Shown: piece by piece, positions 43,130 through 56,800 of the stretch | Layout: every line of letters starts with the position of its first letter | How positions within the stretch are numbered: position 1 is the first letter of the stretch | Notes under the pieces: generated by a model | The model's input: the letters and a program-made list of their open reading frames with translations, nothing else | Told to the model about the DNA's origin: nothing | Databases searched by the model: none | Assembly (NCBI GenBank): GCA_002269645.1 | Contig: NIVC01000181.1 | Span: 647,693-711,692, forward strand | DNA: 64,000 nt | Source of the DNA: Macrostomum lignano | Taxonomy: Eukaryota | Reading direction: 5' to 3' | Program-made: the position numbers and the translations under genes

Positions 43130-43555
43130 CTAACTGTCAGTTTGCTATAATTGACTGTCAGTTTGTTATAATTGACTGTCAGTTTGTTATAATTGACTGT
43201 CAGTTTGTTATAATTGACTGTCAGTTTGTTATAATTGACTGTCGGTTTGTTATAATTGACTGTCGGTTTGTTATAATTGACTGTCAGTTTGTTATAATTG
43301 ACTGTCAGTTTGTTATAATTGACTGTCAGTTTGTTATAATTGACTGTCAGTTTGTTATAATTGACTCTCATTTTCTTTTAATTGACTGTCATTATGTTAT
43401 AATTGACTGTCATTTTGTTCTAAGTGACTGTCATTTTGTTATAATTGACTGTCATTTTGTTATATGGACTGTCATTTTATTATAATTGACTGTCATTTTG
43501 TTATAATTGACTGTCATATTGTTATAATTGACTGTCATTTTGTTAATTGACTGTC
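43130..43555. repeat. 21 bp AT-rich minisatellite (ATAATTGACTGTCAGTTTGTT)
   Basis: Direct. Confidence 0.94.
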
Positions 43556-44834
43556 ACTTTCTTTTAATTCAGTTAAGACAAAACAACTAAAATGTTAGCT
43601 AAAAAGGAAATTAATAATAACTTGACTAGAATAAGATCAGCATGACAGCTCTCCAGCACGTCAAGCTAACAGATAGATAAAAATTAATAATTTCGATTAG
43701 AATAAAAAATAGCGACCCGATTTTAGGACAGCTAACTAATAAGTGGGAAGGTTGGCGCATGCAATCTGTAGACTGAGAGAATCACATTGAAGTTAAATAA
43801 ACAGATTAAAACCTTATATGAAGCTAAATTGTAATAGTGCAATTGACAAGGAAATATCTGCAGACTGTTAATAATTCTCTAGCATATTTGGACATGACTG
43901 TGTACAAATGGCAGGAGGTAAGACCAAGAATGGATACAAAGTGTACAAAACAACAATGATAAAGCATGTACTGTTGATAAACAATGAACAGCAATAAAAA
44001 GACTTACATACTTTTTGTACACACCAAGACGAGGTGAAAATGCTGTGTAAAATTTAGTAAAAGTATACAATATAACCTTAATATGCAGAATAAATTTTGT
44101 TTCAAGTGACCCACCAGACTGTCATAATAACTAGATAAGTAACTCAACGGGGGGCATGTGTCTCACAGACTTCCACTAGCAAGCTAGTAAATTTAAAGTA
44201 GATGTGTTTTAAACTAAACAGCGAAGCACGCGACTTGATTTCTTATCAGCGCAGTGATAATGTACATTTGTCAGCGAATGGCGCGATCATGTACATAGCT
44301 CACAGCTAGATAGATAATATCAACCAATCACGTGACTCACTTTTATTACCAGTTCAGCAGTAATGTACATCTTTAATTAATGTACATCTTATGTCAGCGA
44401 GCGGAACGACATTGTACATAGCGTGAGGAGAGGCAATAAACACAAGTCGCAAGATACTACTGAGTTTATAAACTGAAAATATATTATCGCACATGGCCTG
44501 AGTGGCTTATCCAGTTATATATGCTCGTACTCGTACTTGCTCGTACTCTCAGCGACATCGAAAAATGAACACAAACAATTTATCCCGTATTAATCAGTTA
44601 TTTACTTGTTTGGACTCTGCATCAACGACTGTGACAAAAAAGTCGCAAGTTGAAGTTTTTCATGCACTGAAAAGTTGAGAAGTGTTTTACCCAAAGCCAT
44701 TGGTAATTGGTAATTTAGAGTATTTTGGCTATCCACTGTTCAATGTTGCTGAGAGGATAAACAAGCATCCGTACGCCGGATTCAATAGCCGGCGCGAGGC
44801 AGTAAAACAGAAGCACAGCTCTTCTATCTAATAG

Positions 44835-47800
44835 CTAATCCGGCTTGTAAGCCAGCAGCCAATCAGCATCCTCCGAGTCGGTTGGCCGGCCGGCCGATTC
44901 CAGCAGGTCCGGCCCGCTAGTGGCCGAGAACTGCAGCTCGATTGGAGCGGCCAAGCCGACTCCGGATTCGACTGGCTGCTCCGGCTGGCACGCGGCGGCG
45001 ACTTCGGATTCGCCGACCGCGCCGGGGGCGGCAGCGGCCGAAGACGACGAGGAAGAGGCGAGAAACCAGCGGGTGCGCCGGGCCAGCCGCTCCAGCTGGC
45101 GACGCCGAACGGAGTTGAATCGACTCGACGGAGTTCGCCTGTGCAACTGGGGCTGCTGCTGGTCGGATTCGACAGTGTCCGGCTGCAAGTCCACAGGTGG
45201 GACGTCGAGCAGATGCTCGGGCAGCAAGTGGACGCCTTCGCTGGTCTGGTCAGGTGTGTGTTGGTGGTTTCGGTTTAAACTCGAGATTCGGAGAAGATCC
45301 ATTGGGACCTGAGGATCCATTGGGACCTGAGGATCCATTGGGACCTGAGGATCCATTGGGACCTGAGGATCCATTGGGACCTGAGGATCCATTGGGACCT
45401 GAGGATCCATTGGGACCTGAGGATCCATTGGGACCTGAGGATCCATTGGGACCTGAGGATCCATTGGGACCTGAGGATCCATTGGGACCTGAGGATCCAT
45501 TGGGACCTGAGGATCCATTGGGACCTGAGGATCCATTGGGACCTGAGGATCCATTGGGACCTGAGGATCCATTGGGACCTGAGGATCCATTGGGACCTGA
45601 GGATCCATTGGGACCTGAGGATCCATTGGGACCTGAGGATCCATTGGGACCTGAGGATCCATTGGGACCTGAGGATCCATTGGGACCTGAGGATCCATTG
45701 GGACCTGAGGATCCATTAGGAACTGAGGATCCATTGGGACCTGAGGATCCATTAGGAACTGAGGATCCATTGGGACCTGAGGATCCATTGGGACCTGAGG
45801 ATCCATTGGGACCTGAGGATCCATTGGGACCTGAGGATCCATTGGGACCTGAGGATCCATTGGGACCTGAGGATCCATTGGGACCTGAGGATCCATTGGG
45901 ACCTGAGGATCCATTGGGACCTGAGGATCCATTGGGAACTGAGGATCCATTAGGAACTGAGGATCCATTAGGAACTGAGGATCCATTAGGAACTGAGGAT
46001 CCATTAGGAACTGAGGATCCATTAGGAACTGAGGATCCATTAGGAACTGAGGATCCATTAGGAACTGAGGATCCATTAGGAACTGAGGATCCATTAGGAA
46101 CTGAGGATCCATTAGGAACTGAGGATCCATTAGGAACTGAGGATCTATAGTAAATTTGTAGAGAGCTGAAAATTTTAAAGGTCTTCGATGAAGGATACCA
46201 AGGATAATACAATTATGAATTACATGAATAGCTTCTACATTACGTATGCTGGTGAAGCTCCGCATCCGATGTTTAGTCAGTGTTCTTAACATTTAAAACT
46301 GAACCAAAAACTCAAATAAGCACACGATCAACTAAAAACAATCAAATAATACATCCAGATACAGAATGCGCCGCCGAATTTCTTTATCAATGGTTTCAAA
46401 AATCCTCTACCACCGAGCAGCAAGCATGAACTTGACAGGTTTGACGAATTTCACCGCAGAGTGATTGACGCACTCGCACTGGAGTGGTAAAACTAATTCA
46501 AACATATTTACATACCTACTGAGCGATTGCACTTACACCTGACTATAGCTGTAATAATGCTGGAGAATTTGAGGAGAATTTGTTTGTATTAATGTCATTT
46601 CAAAAAACTTCAATGGCTTTTCCTTCGAAAGCACCACATAACTGGAAAATCGCACTGACTAGCAGTTCCTGGCCTCCAATACGAGTATCTGGGAAACCCA
46701 CGATGCGTACGCAGCTGTTGGCCTCCTATACGTGTATATGGGAACTCACTCGTCTCCAAGATATAGACCTTGGCTGCTGAACTTCATTGGGACCCTGCCG
46801 CTGCTCAGCTGCTGCAGATCCAACTTGCGCAGCCCGACTATGAATGGCATCGACTGATATTTCAGGCGGCTCCATCGGAAGCAGTTGTAATCCAGTGATG
46901 TCTGACAGGGTGCTGTGAACCGACACAGCATCGGAGGAGAGCGGCGGCGACAGTTGCGGATGCCGGTGATGCCGACCTCGCGCAATCGATGAGACGGAGG
47001 CTGGCGCTGGAGACGGCTGCGGCTTGTGAGGCCGATAGTAGCGCTGATTTGGTTCGCTCAAGCAGTCCACTCTAGTTGGCAGGTCTGTGAGGAGTTCGGG
47101 GTGGAGAGCAACAAGAGCATAGCGGATTACACGGCGCTAAAATAAACAAAATAAGGGATTTTTGCGCTGTAATGTCTAACCACTAGACCACAAATAAGGG
47201 TTGTCCCAAGTTGTCCCAGCACAAATAAGGGTTGTGGTCTAGTGATTAGAGCGTCGGATTCACAATTAAAACGTCGGGGGTTCGATTTTCGACCTTCTCG
47301 GAACAATTTGTGTCTTTAACCAAGAGACGTAACTCTGCATTGCTTCATTGCTTAGCTGGGGTAATTGAGGCTGTGTGTTTGGCGACCCCCCCCCCCCAGT
47401 CCTTGGGTTGAACAGCTGTACGCAGCCTTCAGATGCGCCGCGCAGTAGCAGCGACTGAGCTGTCGGTTGAACATCTACCCATTAGGGCAGGTATAATTAT
47501 TTATTATTTCTTTCTTTGATAGGGAAGGAACGACTGGGATGACTCGAAACGACGTCAGATGGTTGAGATGTCAACGCTCAACGATAAGTCGCCGAAAGTT
47601 ATTCGATTTTAGACTGGAGAGTATGTATAGACCCGCTGCAAGGGTGCAATTTGTGCGAACAAAGGCACTGTGGGGGGGGGGTTGCATCTCAAAACCATAA
47701 CCCTACGAGTATCACAGCAGCGCGAAATGGAGCTCAGCTTGATTCGTCCCTTGCTCACTGTGTCCGCCTTGCGCCTAATTAGCTGCATAACTACGGCCCA

Positions 47801-50800
47801 CTCATACTTAACTTGCCCAAGTCCCACTTGTCTAGCGACCTTTTATAGTCGAGGTGTATTCTCGAATCTAGCAACAACAAAATCTAGAATAAAATTCTAA
47901 CTGGCCTACTGTACGATAAGTAAGTAGAAAGTAAAGCATTCTAGTAGAACGAAATTCAAGCGACTCTTGTATACGAATGCATAGCTAACGTGAAAGGCTT
48001 CCACACCCAGCTGACCTTATGTCGTTAGAGACGTTTGAAACTAATTTTTAACGCCGCTTGTCAGGGTATTGGATGAGTAACAAACTATGGAAAATAGCCA
48101 GCCAAGCTTTTCAACTACCAATCAAAATATCTCTCTAGCTGAAGACAGCGCAATAATTCAAACGGTTGGCCCTAAAATGGAATTAACTTTAACTTCTAAA
48201 AACTCTGCAATTCAAGCTCTTGCATGCGTAAATTTTACAGGTTCTTAGTAAACATTTTAACCTGCTTAGAAATGCTGAGAATACTTACACAATGTACTTT
48301 TTTGAATGCACGAGCTAGTGACAGGCCTACAGTGTCTTGATATCGCGGCACAATATCGCGGATATGACACAATAACGTTTGCTGCAGAATTTTTTATGGT
48401 GTACTACAATTTGTTTCATAACGTACAATATCTCAAATCCTAGCGCAGGTTAGATCAAATAATTTGACTGCTCTGTGTTTAAAAAATATTAAGCTCTTTT
48501 AACCCTGCGCTAATCCACTTGTACTTGTAAACAAATTAAAATGAAGCAAACAGGCAGACAGTGGAACAGAGACAAGCAGAAGCACGGAGACGTCATCAAA
48601 GTGACAAGGCCGAACGAGGCTTTGGCCAAACCGAAAACACAGAATTAGTGACTGTAAAATACGCGGCCAGTTGAAGCAAGGAAAACACGGAGCGAAAAAT
48701 AGAAGAAGAGACGGCTCTTGGGACCGAACTAGAGGAACTTGAAGAGAAACAACACGCGGCTTATAGGCTGAGAGGGGCCGGAGAATTCCGCAGGGAATCT
48801 GCTTGCCCGTCGAGGGGTTGAACAGGTCCGATTACTGACGACACGGGAGGGGCGCACAGCGAGTCAGACTGTAGCTTGGGTACTTAATCTCTTTGTATTG
48901 CTCCTGTAGTGACTGTGTGCGTGCGCCTGGATTCTACTTGTTATATCCCAAGCAAATATTCAAGTGCAGCTGGGCTATTCCTTTAGTTATCTGAGTCCTG
49001 GAATAGTATAGCACTCGATAGAAAAGCTTAGAATGCACTCATTCGCTTCTCTCGGGATATATTGAATTTTTTATCATTCTTGTAGTTTAACTTAGATAAA
49101 TAGGCAGAATTGCTGTGCTGAGATATGCCAACTACTTGGCATGCAGAGCGAAACAGTATGTAGGGTCTGGTAGAGAGTGGTTTACAATGGGTGTTTATGG
49201 GGTTAGGGTCTGGTAGAGAGTGGTTTACAATGGGTGTTTATGGGGTTAGGGTCTGGTAGAGAGTGGTTTACAATGGGTGTTTATGGGGTGTCGAATAGAC
49301 AATAAACTAATAGAACGAGATTTAAGTGGTGCAGAAAGGAAGAGAGAGAGGTGAAGGGCCTAAGCCGCCAGATTAACTTGTATTTATACTAACAGAATGA
49401 ACAGGTTAGTTGTATAATCTATGGTGAATTAACGATTGAGATTGTCTGTGGGGAAGAGCATGGTAGACGAAGGGAGTCGGCTAACTGAAAAGTACAAGGC
49501 TGAATTGCAAAACAGAAAGTACAAATAATTGGAGGATGGAAATCCGACAGGCTCGGGGGCCAACAGGTAACGATAAATAGCGGGGATTTTGAACGGTAAA
49601 ACGGTAGAATTATTAACTTGTGACTGTGAGTATTCGGTTATGTAGTTCAGTTCAGGCGTCAAAAATGCCGTCACGGATTTTTTTGCCGGCGTATGGCGCG
49701 CTTGTCGCGGGGTGATTGGCCAGTCGGCGGGCGGACAGGTGGACCGGCAGGCGGGCCGGCAGGCGGGCCGGCAGGCGGGCCGGCAGGCGGGCCGGCAAGC
49801 GGGCCGTTGATGTCACACTCGAGGGGTACGAGGTGTCCAATGGATCGCCGGACATCGTGGCCAGATACGGTGCGGATGGTCACATACCGGACGACACCGG
49901 TTGGGTCCGGATGCAGCTGCAGAATCCGGCACACTTTCCATGTCGCTCGAGGCGTAGGTTCAGCCAGCAGACAGGCTTGGCCGGGTTGAAAGCTGATGCC
50001 GTCGCTGGTGTGCTGTCTGTGGCGATGCCGTTCTTGTAGATGGACTGACCGGAGATGGCTGAGGTACTCCTGTCTCCACCGGCCCCAGAACTCGTTAAGG
50101 ATGGCGTCGCGGCGGCGATGAAGAGCTCGGAGGCGGTCAGCAGTGGAAGTACCGGCAGGCAGGAAGGCGTCGTGGTGGCCCGGAAGTAACAGGTGAGGGC
50201 CAACCCCGAGGAGGTGAGCCGGAGTCAGCGGTGACGGATCGGCCGGGTCGTTGGAGACAGTGGTCAGCGGCCGGCAATTGAGGATGGCCTCGATTTTGAC
50301 GAGGAGAGTGTGTAGTTCCTCATCGGAGATGCGTTTGCGCCAGAGGGCGGGACGAAGACTGGACTTTGTGAGGGCGACGAGGCGCTCGACCGCGCCTTGG
50401 TGCCAGGGGGCTCGGGCTGGCGCGAACTTGAACACCAGGGGTCGCGAGGCGGCGAGTGGTCCGAGGTTGTTGTGGAGCTTTTTCTGGAAGTCGGTGGCGA
50501 TGTGGTTCTCGATGAACTTTCCTGCGGCTTGGAAGGCGGTGGCCTGGTCAAGGTAGACAGTGCATTTGGTGAGACCGCGGCGGCACCAGAAGCGCTCGAA
50601 TGCGTGAAGGACGGCGTCAGCGGAGTAGTCGTAGAGGATCTCGATGTGGAGGGCTCTTGAAGTGCAGCACGTGATGAGCAGGGCCCAGCGCTTGGTGGAG
50701 ACTCTGAGCTTATGGTCGTAGGTGAAGACGGGCCCGAGCTGGTCGACGAGTACGGAGGCGAAGGGACCAGCTTCGGCGTCTAGGCGCTCCTTGGGCAGTT

Positions 50801-53800
50801 GGCCATGTGCGGGCGGCGCGCGAGTTGAGCCTTTGGCGAGGCGGCACTGGATGCAGTCGGAGAGCGCATCACGGACGGTTAGGAGGCCCTTGGGCACCCA
50901 GTATTTGTCGCGGAGAATGGCGAGAACAGTGGAGGCACCAGCGTGGCTGTTCTGACGATGGATGAGCAGGATGAGCAGCCGGGTCAGGCGATGGCCGGGC
51001 GGCAGCAGGAGCGGGTACTTGCTGTCCTCATCCATGGAAGCGTTGGCGAAGCGGCTGCCGAGGCGGATGAAACCGTCACAGAGATGAAGATCCAGTTGGG
51101 TGATGATCTTCTCAGATTTGGGCCGGCCGCACTCGAGGGCTTGGATGACGGTTCCGTAGCACTCAGTTTGGGCTACTCGGATCCACAGGAGAAGGGCCGT
51201 CTGGCGTTCGGCATGAGAAGGCGGGAAGTCTTTCGAGAATTGGCGTCGCTGGATGTAGGCCTTCAGTCGGATGAGGTAGCAGGTGACGCCGAGGATGTGT
51301 TCAAGGCGGTTGGAGCGCTCGAGGCTCAGGTGGCCAGGCGTGGCACAGGCAGCAGATCCAGTAGCGATTAGAGTAGCCCCGAGTGTTGTAGGCTTCTTCC
51401 TAGCAGGGACACCTTTCAAAAGGCAAGGGTCAGGCGCTGAAGCGGTCCAGGAAGGCCAATCGAGAAACGGCCGCTTGAGGAAGGCGGGGCCCTCGTAGAA
51501 GCTGGACTGCTGCAGTTGAGCTAAGCTGAGTGGCTTCGTGCAGTGGTCGGCGGGGTTCTCGGCTGTAGGTACGTAACGATAGTCACGTGTAACATCGGAG
51601 TCAAGGATCTGTTGAACGCGACGCGACTCGTAATCACGGAGTTTGGCACCGTTGGCAAGCCAGTGAAGGACGATCTGGCTGTCAATAAAGTGAGTGACGC
51701 CTTCGAACTTGAGGTGATCTCGCAGGGCGTCGAGAATTACAGATGCGGCGCGGGTGGCGATGAGAGCTGACCAGAGCTCGAGGCGTGGGACGGTGACGAG
51801 GAGGCCCTTCTTGGCGGCAGGAGCAAGACGGGTCTTGGCGAAGACGAGGCGGCAGGTGATGCTGGAGCCGAGGCTCTGCCAGATGTAGATGGTGAAGCCA
51901 TAGGCACCCGGAGCACCGTCGGAGAAGATGACGAGGCGGACTGGCTGACCCGCATCCTGGGCGACGAAGCGAGGGACGTTGATCTCATCGAGGCGGAGGA
52001 GGTCTGGCAGGAGCTTAGCCCAGGCGTCGCGGATCTCGGGTCTGGCCGCTTCATCCCAGGAGTCGGAGGCTTGGAAAGCCTGGCGATATAGAAGGCGACC
52101 GCTGAGGATGAGTGGAGCGGCGTAACCGGCTGGGTCGTAGGGGGTGTGGACACCTTGGCATAGCCTTCGGCGGGTGAGTTCCTCTGGGCGTGGCAGGTTG
52201 GGCTTCTTGAGAGCGATGCGGTCTGCGCTGGTGTCCCAAGTGAGACCCAGAAGGCCGACTTTGTGACTGCGGATGCAATCCTCACTGGGAATCGTGGAAA
52301 GGCAGTTGGGCAGATTGGTGGCAAACTCGCGAAGATGAAAACAGGCTCGCCGGAAGAGCTCGCGAAGTCCACGGACTAGTCGGGCGGCGTCCTCCTCAGT
52401 GTCGGTTCCGACGATTAGATTACCAAAATTGTCGAATAGACAATAAACTAATAGAACGAGATTTAAGTGGTGCAGAAAGGAAGAGAGGGGAGAGAAGAAG
52501 TGAAGGGCCTAAGCCGCGGGTTGAAGTTGTATTTATACTAACAATAATGACAGGCCAGCCGAATTGTCTGTGGTAAATGAACGGTTACGATAGTCTGTGG
52601 GAAAGGCATGGTAGACAAAGGGAGACGGTTAACTGAAAAGTACAAGGTAATAGAAAGTACAAATATTTGGAGGATGGAAATCCGACAGGCTCGGGGGCCA
52701 ACAGGTAACGATGGATAGAGTCGATTTTGAACGGCAAAAACAGTAGAATGATTAAATGGCGAGTTTAGTTCGTGAAGGCTGTCAAATGTTTAGTCAGGTT
52801 GTAACAATGCCGGGCCGGAAGCCGAGCCGGCAGACGGGACGGGCATCATCTTCCTTGGTGTCAGCGCCGATGACAAGGTTGTCGACGTAGAGGCCGCCGA
52901 TGATGCGCTCGAGCTCGGGTCGGGTGAGGTCGGAATCTCCAGAGTTAATTGCGTCCAAGCAGATCTTGTGGAGGACCGCCAGGAGAATCCACGGGCTGGG
53001 AGAGGCGCCCATGACGATACGAGTGAAGCGCCAGAGCTCGAAGTTGCCTTGTACTAGCGGCTTGGTGATATCCTTTGGAAGGATGATGCGGAGGGCGTCG
53101 CGGAGAGGCTCGTGAACACCTATCTGGTAGAAGGCGGCCTTGAGGTCAGATGAGATGCTGAACCGGTGAGCGCGGTGAACTAGAAGGACTTGAAGCATTG
53201 AGGTCAGCAGGTTGGGCCCAGGCTCTAGGAGGTCGTTGAGTGTAGCGCCAGCGAGCGAGGTCTTGGCAGAAGCGTCGACGACGGGGCGGATCTTTGTCAT
53301 GTTGGAGTTCTCCTTGATGACTGGGAAGTGCGGCAGAATCTGGATAACTGGGCCAGCTGCCTGGCCAGGGCTGACTCGTTCCAGGACACCTTCTTGCTTG
53401 CGCTTCTCGAACTCGGCGTAGTAGGCCTCGCGCTCGGGAAGGCTGAGGCGGCGGTGGGTGGCTTGAGCACTACCGAAGGCCTGGCCAAAGTTGGAAGGTA
53501 GGAGCTCGGCTCCAGGTTCGAATGGCAGGTCGACGGAGATTCGACCGTCGGTATCGCGCATGATGGAGTCGGGCAGGCGTTCCTGGGATCTGTCGTTCCT
53601 GGCGTCGGGCCTTTCAGCATCCTTTGCCGTGCCGAGAGCTTCGAGGTTGGACATGCTGTCCAGAAGTCGGTCGAGGTGGAGCCCATCGTTGTTAGGGAAA
53701 GTGTTCGCAATGACCACTTGCGAGGAGCTGAGGAAGCCGTTGAGACGAGAGGCTGTGGTATCGAGGGAGCCGTCGAGGATGGCCCCGAAGGGTGTCGGGC

Positions 53801-56800
53801 AGGCTGTGAGAGTCGGTCGAAGCGCTTGGGCGGGTACGTTAGGGCTGATAGGCTGACTGGCGTCGCTGCAGGGACAAGAACTCTTGGGCTCTTGGCTGGC
53901 AGTGGAACTTAACTTCGCGGCTGGGCGAGATTTAATGTCGGCGCAAGGAGCGGGGTCAGGTCGATAGGCGTCCGACGATAAGCGATTGCCGGTGCTGCGG
54001 GCTTGTGGCGGCTGGGAACTGGCGTTGCCCAGAAAGATGGCGGAAGCGAAGGGCACAGCCAGCGGGGTAGTGGAAGCGGCTCTGAGCGTCTTCAGCTTGT
54101 AATCGAGGTGGCCCTGGAGCTGTGTCATAGTTGGCATGAGAGGCTGCCCGTTGGCAGCACGAAGGTTGCGGATCTCGCTCTGCAGCTCGATCGGGAGGCG
54201 GCTCCACAGGGCGTAGACGTAGCCGTCGATGGTGCTGGCGGGCTCGCCAAGGCGGAGGAGCTGGCCGGTAGCGAGTCGGAGGGCGTCGGTGTAGGTCTCG
54301 AGCTCGTCTATGTCGGAGGCAGAGTTGCAGTGAAGGGCGAGGAGACGCTGGAAGGAGGCGTTCTTTTGCTCTTGTGTGTCGGCGTAGTTGGCCTGGAGGA
54401 CACGGCAGGCCTCGGCGTAGGCGTTGGGTTGGTAGGCATTGAGGGCGCCGAGCTTCTTGAGAGCGGAGCCGGAGAGCAGACCGCGAAGCGCCTCGAATTT
54501 GTCGACGTCGTTGAGGCTGGAGCGGTCAACGCGGTAGACGAAGGCGTCCCAGAAGCCCGGAAATGCAGCAGGGTCCGTACCGTCGAAGGTCGGGAGATGT
54601 ACGTTCTTGAGAATGGTGGAGCGGATGAGCCCGGCCGGATCGTGAGCATCTGATGCGGGCGTTGAGGCAGTTGGTGTTGAGGCTGGACGGACGGTGGCGG
54701 CGAGCTGTTGAATGAGCTGCTGGTTCTGCTGCATCATCGCAGTCATTGAGGCGATGAGGGCGTTTACGTCGACGGAGGCAGTGGGAGCTGTTGCAGGGAT
54801 CGGAGCTGAGGACGGAGCAGCGGGAGGAGCGGATGTCGTGGCGGATGAAGCGGCTGGCGGCGGGTCGCTGCTTTCGGCGGGTGGCTGCTCCGCGGCAGTG
54901 GTCGCTTCAGCAGAGGCTGAGAGGTGGTTATTCTCCGACTGCTGGGTCTGGTCGCCAGATTGGTCCGTTGTCGATCGTGTAATGACCATGATAACCACGC
55001 TCTGCTACCAAAATTGTCGAATAGACAATAAACTAATAGAACGAGATTTAAGTGGTGCAGAAAGGAAGAGAGAGAGGTGAAGGGCCTAAGCCGCCAGATT
55101 AACTTGTATTTATACTAACAGAATGAACAGGTTAGTTGTATAATCTATGGTGAATTAACGATTGAGATTGTCTGTGGGGAAGAGCATGGTAGACGAAGGG
55201 AGTCGGCTAACTGAAAAGTACAAGGCTGAATTGCAAAACAGAAAGTACAAATAATTGGAGGATGGAAATCCGACATGGGGTTAGGGTCTGGTAGAGAGTG
55301 GTTTACAATGGGTGTTTATGGGGTTAGGGTCTGGTAGAGAGTGGTTTACAATGGGTGTTTATGGGGTTAGGGTCTGGTAGAGAGTGGTTTACAATGGGTG
55401 TTTATGGGGTTAGGGTCTGGTAGAGAGTGGTTTACAATGGGTGTTAATAATTGTGGGTAAATAGTTCCTGGCCTACCCAAGCCGGCCGGCTCGTGATCGC
55501 AGACTGCAGTTGCCGTGGCAACAGCGAAGTAGCGAATCAGATCTTCGCCGAATAGTTCGGGATTTGTGAAGCCAGAAATGAGCGCCTCCATGACCTTGGC
55601 TGCGTGCTCAACCTGCGGGGTGGAGTAAAGAAAGGGATATGAAATGTTTACCTGCGGTGTTTGGAATCTGTCTTGAATGTATGGATGAATTCTGAATCTT
55701 TTAGTGAGGAAATTGTGTAATGAGGGATTTGAGTGATTGGGAATCAAGAAGCTGTGCGTTAGTAATCACAGGACTCGTGTTGGGATAAATCGTGTTACGC
55801 AACTGACCGTAACAGTTCCGCAATCTCCGGCACTCAGTTCTCACCTTCTTTGGATCATCCGTGCAGGAGTGAAACATCGACCCGGCCACGCTTTTTGCCA
55901 CCGCTTCAACTGGCACTCCGTCAGCCTCTGGCGATGCCGAGCACATCCGGTGCCAGGTGCCGAACAGCAGAGAGGTTAGTTGCCTCACTGGCGGCGACAG
56001 ACCGCGGATTATGCTGTGAAAATTAATAGGCATTAATTTTCTGTGCGACACTGCTCAGGGTCTGCAGCTCTTGAGTCTCCGTCCTACTGCCAGTGCTTTG
56101 CCAGGCTAGTAAGACTAGCGTTTCTCTCTGTGTCTTGTGTACCTCTGTCTACCTGTGTCTACCTGTGTCTACCTGTGTCTATCTGTGTCTATCTGCGTCT
56201 ATCTGTGTCTACCTGTGTCTACCTGTGTCTACCTGTGTCTACCCCAGAGTGTACCTCTGTCTACCTGTGTCTACCTGTGTCTACCTTTGTCTACCTGTGT
56301 CTACCTGTGTCTACCTGTGTCTACCTGTGTCTACCTGTGTCTACCTGTGTCTACCTGTGTCTACCCCAGAGTGTACCGCTGTCTTCCTGTTCCTACCCCA
56401 GTGTGTACATCTGTCTACCTGTGTCTACCCCAGTGTGTACATCTGTCTACCTGTGTCTACCCCAGTGTGTACCTCTGTCTACCCGTGTCTACCCCAGTGT
56501 GTACATCTGTCTACCTGTGTCTACCCCAGTGTGTACATCTGTCTACCTGTGTCTACCCCAGTGTGTACCTCTGTCTACCCGTGTCTACCCCAGTGTGTAC
56601 ATCTGTCTACCTGTGTCTACCCCAGTGTACCACTGTCTACCTGTGTCTACCCCAGTGTACCTCTGTCTACCTGTGTCTACCCCAGTGTGTACCTCTGTCT
56701 ACATGTGTCTACCCCAGTGTACCACTGTCTACCTGTGTCTACCCCAGTGTACCTCTGTCTACCTGTGTCTCCCCAATGTATACCTCTGTCTACCTGTGTC

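Larger units (their letters stand above)
49289..55275 (-). mobile_element. BEL/Pao LTR retrotransposon, recent insertion, with an extra internal LTR
   Basis: 261 bp TG..CA LTRs at 49289-49549 and 55015-55275, identical by eye; TSD TGGGG; PBS at 54993-55010; gag, RT (YVDN), RNase H and integrase motifs. Confidence 0.96.

Noticed and set aside
45197-46292. Collagen-like or PLGPED/MDPQVP/GPNGSS repeat protein
   Set aside because: Open in several frames on both strands; a phase-compatible acceptor at 45246 places the array in a RhoGAP intron
47228-47300. Functional tRNA gene
   Set aside because: Has A/B boxes but no consistent acceptor or anticodon stems; followed by a SINE-like body
49693-54982. 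Numerous plus-strand ORFs across the retrotransposon
   Set aside because: Antisense shadows of the C-ending codon bias in gag-pol
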